This document shows positions 55,265-64,000 of a stretch of 64,000 nt of DNA, in pieces (position 1 is the stretch's first letter; every line of letters starts with the position of its first letter). The stretch comes from the human T2T-CHM13v2.0 reference genome, Homo sapiens: the NCBI RefSeq assembly GCF_009914755.1, contig NC_060928.1; one strand, written 5' to 3'. The position numbers were made by a program, and so were the translations under genes. The notes beneath the pieces are model-generated. The model had not been told where the DNA came from, did not search any database, and was given only the letters and a program-made list of their open reading frames with translations.

Positions 55265-55560
55265 GTTTTTTGGTTTTTTTTTTGATGGAGTTTCACTGTT
55301 GTTGCCCAGGCTGGAGTGTGGTGGCATGATCTTGGCTTACTGCAACCTCCGCCTTCCATTTCAAGAGCTTCTTCTGCCTCAGCCTCTCGAGTAGCTGGGA
55401 TTACAGGCACCCACCACCACGCCCTGATAATTTTTGTATTTTTAGTAGAGATGGGGTTTCACCATCTTGGCCAGGATGGTCTCGAACTCCTGACCTCATG
55501 ATCTGCCCACTAGGCCTCCCAAAGTGCTGGGATTACAGGTGTGAGCCACTGCCCCTGACC
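55265..55560 (-). mobile_element. AluS
   Basis: Full dimer; degenerate TSD ataatccagt/ataatctagg. Confidence 0.93.
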
Positions 55561-56084
55561 ATAATCTAGGTATTAAAAATGATGATCCAACCTTATATAG
55601 AAATGGTTGATTCAATAACTAAACTGAGTAAAGTGATAAAGATAAATGATAAAGCTTAGTTTTACTTGTAAGAAAAATAATCAAAGTTGAGTGTAGTATA
55701 AATCTCATTCAGTTTTCTGATTAAAAGATTTCAGGCATTCTAAAAGCCGTTCATTTACTTATTAAATGTATTAAGTAAGTACAATATGCCAGGCCCTGTG
55801 CTGAAAGGAATGAACAATTTTAAATTTTCTCAGGGAGTTTATAATCTCAGGGATGAGACAGGCAATTTTTCAGAGTCTGTTATAAAGCAACTTGGAATAA
55901 TGAAAAGTAGTCAATGGGCAGAGTGAATTGGCCGTTCTCCTCAAAAAAAAAAAAACAAAAAACAAAAAACAGAAAAAAACAGTCTTGTTTTCCAGACTTA
56001 ACACCTTGTTTAGTGTGGGACTTCATTCATGTTGTCCTTATTTCTCCACTGGTGTAGACACCTGCTTGTAGGATTGAAGTACAT

Positions 56085-56455
56085 ATGAAAGGGCAGCATC
56101 ACTGCTAAATACCCATGTCTGGTTCTTCCCTCCTTCTAGTTACTTGGTAGGATTGTATTTGCTGACCTTCTGTGTAGGTGGGAAAAAGTGACTAATTCCA
56201 GGACATGAATTACAAATGGAAATAACTTATGCCACTATGGTGTGGAGCTTTTAACTTATGGAACAAATCTCTACATTTTTTTCCTGTTCTCTGGCAATAT
56301 TCAAGATGATGACTGCTCTGATGTACAGTGTTCCCCCATTGACCTGCAGTGCACATGCAGAGGGAGAAAGGGGTCTACCGTTCTTGATGTAAGTCACTGA
56401 GATTTTGGCATTGTTCATTACTAGAACTTTAACCAGGGCATACTGAGTGAAACAA
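56085..56455 (+). mobile_element. old MLT1 (I/J-like) LTR
   Basis: gtgactaattcc..atgaatt..aaatggaaataac..tgccact; gtaagtcactgagattttgg..ttgttcattact. Confidence 0.6.
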
Positions 56456-58937
56456 ACATTTCGCTTACTTTTGTAACCGTCTACTTATGTGAACTGACAT
56501 AGCAAGCAAAAGAAAAGGCGGAGTTACAGAGTGACTAGTTAGTCACTCCCCATAGCTGTCCCTATTTTTTCACTTATCTAAATGCCAATCCATGCATTAC
56601 GAAGTCCTTCTAAATAGGCCCCGAAAGCTACAGATTGTACATACTTACATGTATGCTTCCAATATTACTAAATTATTAGTTAATATGTAATTGTTCACAT
56701 GATGAATTACGAAGGTACTTATGCAGTATTCGGTGGTTGGAAGGTACTTGGTGTCATAAATGTTTTTAAAATAGACATGCAACAAAGTTTATTTCAGCAC
56801 TGTGGAAAATGAATTGTGTCTTACTTAAGGCTCATATACTAAGGAAAGTAGATAGTTATAGATTTTATAAGGAAAATTAAATAAAAGGGAAACCAGAAGA
56901 TAAAAGAAACATTGATCCAAAAAAGCTGAAGTTGGGTGTGACAGCCTCCTCCAGATGTGATACATGGTTTTGTGGTAGGTGTTTGACTACGTACTCCCAA
57001 ATATAATTTGCTTACAGAATTTCATTATGGAGGGAGGTTTTATTTGTAATGTAAACTTCAGTATGAGAGCTTCTTTTTATTTCTGAAAGTTCTTGGCACT
57101 CTGTTTATGTAATGAAGTTTTAGTGCTGTTATAAAAGGCTATAGTTTTGTATTATACTTATCTGTGATTAATCCTTCTTGGGCTGGAGATGGGATGAGAT
57201 TCTTTCCCTACGGGTGCAATGTGAAGCTTCTGCAGTATTCATGTAAAATACAATTTGACAACAAAATGTAGCTTAGAGAGTGAAAAACTCTGACTGTTCT
57301 AAAGGTCTCTTTAAGTAAAGAAACTAAAATAACAATTTCATGTGTAGAAAAATTAAGTTTTAAGAAGGTAGACTCCTGCAACATAAGCTACTTCTTGAGA
57401 ATATATAAAGCACTTAGGAGCTGTGTTAATTCTTTCAAGATAAATTATTATCTCTTAGTATTAAATAGTTCCCTAAGAGACTACATTTTTTTTTCCTAGT
57501 CGTTTCAAACTAAATATATGGTTAGTTGAAATAGCCAGGAGCATAGACCTAAAGGAAACCTAGAAGGTAGTTTTTCTACTATTTATTTTCTTTTAAAAAT
57601 TATTCGTGGTTGTAATTTTACTAAATGTCTGCATAACTCACTTATAGGACTCATGCCATTTGAGGATGGGTAGCAAACCTATCTCATTTTACCTTTCATT
57701 TCTGTTTGGCTCCCAATTATTAAGCACCTTCTCAGATCCTATATGAGACAATGGGATAGCAAAGTTTAATAACATGTGGCTCTTCACTTGAGGAATGCAG
57801 TCTAATCTGTGACACAATTCCATGAACAGGAGATTTTGGTGCAATGCAGAAAGGCAATGACTGTGGTAATACTGATACTTTGTGTATTTTTCCTAGGAAA
57901 GCATTTCTTCCTCTTTGTTTAGAAGTTGAGTTATGCATGTAATTTTAGTACTCCCTTTCAGAGTGGATTGGAATTTCACAGGGCTGCAGCTACCCAAGCA
58001 AAACAACAACAACAACCAAAAGCACAGAGAATTCAGCTATGACACAGAGTAATTACGTTAGAATTTATACCTAAATATACCTATACTTAAAACTGTCTTT
58101 GTATATGGATTTAAGATGGCTGGCACCTGACCTTTCCTGAAAATGTTGATAACCCAAAAAGCATATGAAAAAATAACTTATATTTATTCTTACATACACA
58201 ATATTAATCAGTATGGCTGACATGACACAAACATCATTTAATGAGTGATTTTGAAATGGTGAAATATAAAGTTCTGGAGCTTCCGAGCTTGTCTAAATTT
58301 TTAAAATCTCTGATTTGAACAAATTGTCATTTGTATCTTCCAAAAAACACGTTACCTCTGCCGCGGTGAAAAATCCATATGATCTGCACTGTCAGATTTT
58401 ATTATTATTGTGACAGATACTTTAGCATATAAATCTTAAACTAATGAAAAAATGTCATCTTCTTTTTGGAGCTAAGTGTTCAAAGTGCGTCAATTATTCG
58501 ATTTGATAGACGTTTCTTCAGAAGGCTTTGGAGGAATCACATATTAAAAATACTTTGTATATGAAACTCTTCTCACTTATATCCACCTCCACAGTGTATA
58601 AACTAATTGTAAACCACTTTGGAGAACTAGATTTCCAAAAAAAATTTTACCTGTAGGAACAAAACTCTAAAAAATGCCAAACAATATTTCTTTGCATTTC
58701 ACCATCTAGCAAGGGATTTCTTTTTATTTATTGGCTTAATATAAAAAACAGAAGGATAATGCAAAAATGTTTAGAGCAGAGGCAAAGTCTTATGTATCTT
58801 TGAAGCCATCATATGACAGAGCATAATATGTCGTCAAGTAAACTAATGAATAATTGAGTCTTTGATAGGTGTATACTTTTGGACATTTAAAAACGATAGT
58901 GGCAATTATGCATTCTTAGGACAAGCACAATCTAATG

Positions 58938-59086
58938 TAGTGTTTCTCAAAATATCGTGTGCACAAGATCCAATGGACATCTGTTAAATTGCAGGTTCTC
59001 AAACCACATCCTTAGAGATCCTGGTTCAGAAATTTTCTGATGGGGTTCTCTTTAAGTAATTATAATGTAGGCAGTTTGAGAAATAT
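58938..59086. mobile_element. MER5-family hAT remnant
   Basis: tagtgtttctcaaa ... gttaaattgcaggttc ... cagtttgagaaata (inverted ends). Confidence 0.65.
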
Positions 59087-59246
59087 GTGCAGATGAAGAG
59101 TGATATGCAAAACATTTAGATTTCTCACTAAACAATTCAAAAATCTTAGGTGTAGCCTGAGTGTATTTGAAATTAAACATGGAATTGGTTAAGAGAACAA
59201 AAAAATAACAGAATATATATTTGTTTAATGAAAACCTTCTTCATTA

Positions 59247-59698
<452 letters not shown>

Positions 59699-61099
59699 TT
59701 AGTTCTGAATCATTTTAGTTCACCATGGTCTGAGAGTCAGCATAGGTAGTGCTCTTCTCTGTTAAAGAACAGGCCAAGTATTCTTTGACAATGCAATAGG
59801 TAGTATAATTTTTCTCCTCCGGGTAAGCCATGGCTCATGTTTAGTTCCATGAGGAATGCAAAGGTCATAAGCCATTCTCTCATCCTTCTCTCAAGACAAA
59901 CTCAGAAGGATGTGTATTTGGGCTACAAATCTGAAGCATGAGAGCCATTTTCAGTTTTTAAATCATCCAAGTCATTTCATTACAATGCAATATGTATCCT
60001 CTGATTCTAGTTAAATTATTTTAATCTATGTTGAAATATCCTAAATGATACTTACCATGGAAATAGCCCTTCTGATCCTCAGAAAGCCCTAGGTTTAGCA
60101 GAATTTCATATTGAATTTCAAGCAAAATTAGTCCATGGAGGTTTCCCTCTAAAAAGTAGTTTCATGGCCATATGACAGACACTGTACAAGCCATACTGCT
60201 GCTTTAAAAAATTATAAAACATTAACATATTAAAGGTCTGAAGTTGCCCTGGGAATAAGAAACTTCTTTAAAATTGTTTAACTCAGCAATTCCCATATAA
60301 ATTTGTCTATGTAGTCTTTCTTTTATTTAATATCTATTGATTGCATATGACAATCTGTTATGTAGTACAGCTTTCTCCTCAGAAGAACTCAGGTCAGTTC
60401 TTAATTCCTTTGGAGTATGAAGTCACAAGCTCATTCTCCCAACCTTCCCTCAGCATACATCCCCTGTCCCCCCCCCCCCACAAAATGAGCATATGGCTAT
60501 AACTATAAAAGAAGAAGATAGACACTTCGGTTTTTAAAATCACTTTAAGCCATATTAATATAGTATAAATACGAGAAAGCTGTCTTTGAAGAATTAGTTG
60601 TTAAAAATATCTCTATTTCTTCTACACAAAATCAAACACCAAATCCAACTGAATCAACGTTACTTTAGAATATTCCTTTCCAATCTCAATGCCACAACTC
60701 TAAATCCATCACTTCTCATCCAAAGCATTGTGGTTTCTTTTGGGGTGTTCCCTCTGGTCTATACTTTGCTTCTATATGAATCTATCTATAGATACTATTG
60801 TTAGTGCCAAAGTCTCATTTAAATATTTTTAATGTCTCCCTTTTACATAAAGAGTAAAATTATAATTCCTTAGAATTTTATTTACAGTACTTTTGACATC
60901 ATCCCAACTAACTTTTTTAGTTTTATTACTCTACACTTCTACATTCATATTTTATTACATCGCTAGTGAGTCAGATGACCAACAGTATTCATCACCTAAG
61001 TGGGCACTTATAGTTTGGTTATTCCAGATCTCTCTTTTTAAATAGGAACTGTAGCCTTTTATAGTACCCTGTTCCCCTGGTTGCATCCATGTTACTCAA

Positions 61100-61523
61100 G
61101 TAAGTCACCTCTCTTCAACATGACTTTAATGTTTTAGAAAAATTGACTGGACTTGGGGTGAGACCCTAAACAAAATGGACCAACGTCCATTTTCCTTATG
61201 GAATTTGGAATTGATGTTAAAAGATTTCAGGCCTAATTTGGTCAATCTTTTAATGAAAGAGAGGAAACCCTCAAGCTTTGGAAGCCATGTAGACAGGAAA
61301 ACAAGAGGAATTAGTCTGCAGCACAACAGTAAAATGAAGAAGACCTGCAGAAAGAAACAAATATGAAACAGAACAAGAATCTTCCCAGTATTCAGGCATT
61401 CAATTCCAGTATTCCTGATGCCTTGCATGCGGTAACTATAGCCTCAAAACGTAATCTTTATTCTTTAAGCAAGCTCATGTCAGTCTCAGTACCTTTGCAA
61501 CCAAAAGATCAAGAGCTACCACA
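61100..61523 (+). mobile_element. old MLT1 (K/L-like) LTR remnant within L2 sequence
   Basis: ggaatttggaattg; ttccagtattcctgatgcc; end tttgcaaccaaaag..ctaccaca. Confidence 0.45.
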
Positions 61524-62917
61524 AGGTGTATAGTGATGCACGTACACACATACACACATCCCACAATACTTTACCTGTGCTGGGAATGGTTCTCTCTCTG
61601 TACTTCTCATCAAAATCCTAACATAGTTTAAAACCTACCTCTTGCTTAAAGCCCATTCTAACTTGCCATTCACAAACACTCTCTCTATGCTCATGGTATT
61701 TTAGGTAGTTTGATAAGACATATTATTACATTATATATATTTGAAGACAAGATTATGTCAAAGTTATCTTGTATAACCTAAAGCTTGTACCTAACATCAT
61801 GTTTCAAACCAGGGAGGCATTAATAATAATATTTTTACATTGCAGAAGAAATAAGATTCCATAAAGTTACTTATTTCCTCTACAGACATAAACCTCTTGA
61901 TAGGAAAACTAGCTCAAAATAAACTTCATAGAAGCCATAATGATCATTCCTGGAGAGTACACTTGTTTTCCTGTTGTTATCTCAGTGAATGCTTCAGCCT
62001 CAAAGATGATAAAGCTTTGATTGTCTATTTGGAACTCCCTAGAAATGGTGAGAAATCACATCCAGATTGTTAGTATAAATATGAGAAATATCAAAGGCAC
62101 ATTGTTGCAAGATCCTAGTTATTATGGTGAGGGAGGGAGTCCACTAGGTGTGTAGAGTCCCCAGCTGTGTTTGAAAGACCCCTTCCAATGTACGATGAAT
62201 GAAATGCTTTTATATAACATCTTTAAAATGTATGCCTAATTCAAAAGAGTAAAATCCAACATACATTAGAAAGTTGATAGATGAATAATTGTTAAATATG
62301 CCTTCCAGAAAGTAAAGGTCACCTGAACTTACCATCAATGGTATTTAACATCTGAATCGATTTTGACAGTTTAAGCAATGCATCAACCAAAAGTGAAACT
62401 CATCTGAAAAAATCAAATTATTTACAGAGTACCTAAAATAGAGACTTGGCTTCTCACCTCTGCCTCTGCAATAGCACTTGCTGAGTAAGGAACCAGGGTC
62501 TGCTCCAAGAAGATAAGTCTTGATAAGAGGGAAGAGAGCATGGGCTGGAAGGGTAGAAAATTATTTCCTGCTATGGACTCTACCGAGAGTTCAATTAGCC
62601 TATATTTGTGTTTGTAGCAGGCATAATTCTACGAAAGTGGAAGGACAGAAAACACATGGCAAAAAAGTGAAAGACAAATCATCTCTCTGACCATATATGA
62701 GGTACCAGACAATGTGATCATTGCTTTACTGATGTTTCATTTTATATATATATATATATACACATATACACAAGATAAGAAGTAAATAACATTATACAAT
62801 CTATTCCTATTTAATTATGTAATTCTAATTTGGAGGTTCTTTAGAAGTAGCAGTGTTCGTCATGTTCCTCAAATAGTGGTTATGATGATTACAGAATAAA
62901 ATTTAAGTTAATGATGG

Positions 62918-63191
62918 TAAAAGGCCCCCAAATACATACATACATACATATATATGTATATAAGTGTATATATATGTATATAAGTGTATATATGTATGTA
63001 TTTGTATACTTATATATGTATATAATATATATAATGTATATATAAATACATATATAAGTATATAGGTATATATAAGTATATACGTATATATGTATATAGG
63101 TATATATATACTTATATAAGTATATATACACACTTATATAAGTGTGTGTGTATATATATATATATATATGTGTGTGTTTGGGGGCCTTTTA
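62918..63191. repeat. AT-rich low-complexity (TA/CA/TG) tract flanked by a 15-bp inverted repeat
   Basis: taaaaggcccccaaa (62918-62932) / tttgggggcctttta (63177-63191); internal palindromes. Confidence 0.85.
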
Positions 63192-63448
63192 TTGTAAGTA
63201 AAATATTGTAAATATCTGTTCTTTACCAGTCACTAAAAGTCAAGCTAAGTGTAAGGCTGCCCATTGTTAACAGAAGCAGGTCATTAGTAAGCATTTATTA
63301 AATAAAAACACCCTTGTCCCTAAGCGAAAAATTTACCCTAAGTTCTCCCAGTCATCTTGTATTTGTAAAACTGTCCTATGGCTGACTGAGACTGTCAGAA
63401 CAGAAACTTATCTTTCCAGGATTTTCTTAAATACTCCTATTAAGTAGG

Positions 63449-63954
63449 TGTATTTGTCCATTCTCATGCTGCTAATAACTACATACCTGAGATTGGGTAA
63501 TTTATAAAGAAAAAGAGGTTTAATGGACTCACAGTTTCACATGGCTGGGGAGGCCTCACAATCATGGCAGAAAGCGAAGGAGGAGGAAAGGCATCTCTTA
63601 CATGGTGGCAGGCAAAAGAACGTGTGCAGGGTAACTACCCTTTTATAAAACCATCAGATCTCGCGAGACTTATTCATTATCAGGAGTACAGTGTGGGGAA
63701 AAACCCGCCCCTATGATTCAATTACCTGCTACTCCCCCTCATGACATGTGGGGATTATGGGAGCTACAATTCAAGATGTACAATCATTGAACAAACGAAC
63801 CTTTGATAGCGGCTGCACCATCAGCATGTCCTGATCCAACATCGAGGTCGTAAACCCTATTGTCAATATGGACTCTAGAATAGGGTTGTGCTGTTATCCC
63901 TAGGGTAACTTGTTCCGTTGGTCAAATTATTGGGGACACAGTCAAACCATTTCA
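63449..63954 (-). mobile_element. THE1B/C MaLR solo LTR interrupted by a NUMT
   Basis: tgtatt.gtccattctcatgctgcta...ggggaggcctcacaatcatggcag...ggggacacagtcaaaccatttca; perfect TSD gtagg at 63444 and 63955. Confidence 0.93.
63782..63933 (-). pseudogene. NUMT: nuclear copy of a mitochondrial 16S rRNA (MT-RNR2) domain V fragment
   Basis: Minus strand reads AAGTTACCCTAGGGATAACAGC...GTTTACGACCTCGATGTTGGATCAGGACA...AAAGGTTCGTTTGTTCAA, the conserved animal mitochondrial 16S motifs. Confidence 0.96.
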
Positions 63955-64000
63955 GTAGGGTTTAATAATAGTTGAGACAATGATATTGATCATTTGATAA

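Noticed and set aside
62889-63133. Tyr/Ile-rich ORFs (also 29101-29344)
   Set aside because: Translations of (TA)n low-complexity DNA
63885-63902. I-SceI-like site TAGGGATAACAG on the minus strand
   Set aside because: It is the homologous conserved LSU rRNA sequence within the NUMT and diverges from TAGGGATAACAGGGTAAT after 12 nt; not an engineered site
63782-63933. Functional rRNA gene or bacterial contamination
   Set aside because: Only 150 bp, animal-mitochondrial type, CpG-decayed and embedded in an LTR

Overview
AT-rich primate (hominoid, probably human) nuclear DNA with no CpG island and no supportable protein-coding exon. The listed ORFs are chance ORFs or decayed Alu/L1/LTR frames. 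The window is mostly interspersed repeats, recognised by eye from remembered consensus sequences, so subfamily calls are approximate. These include a ~6.1 kb L1PA15/16-type element (minus strand, with a tandem-monomer 5'UTR), several truncated L1s (one with a twin-priming inversion), seven Alus and a FLAM, MaLR/ERVL/ERV9 solo LTRs, MER DNA transposons, MIR/L2/CR1 fossils and microsatellites. The most notable item is a ~150 bp mitochondrial 16S rRNA fragment (NUMT) inserted into a THE1 LTR at 63782-63933. It keeps an open SHLP6-like micro-ORF, completed by a stop codon from the LTR. About 600 bp upstream is an AT-rich tract flanked by a perfect 15-bp inverted repeat. I see no evidence for a novel multi-gene system.
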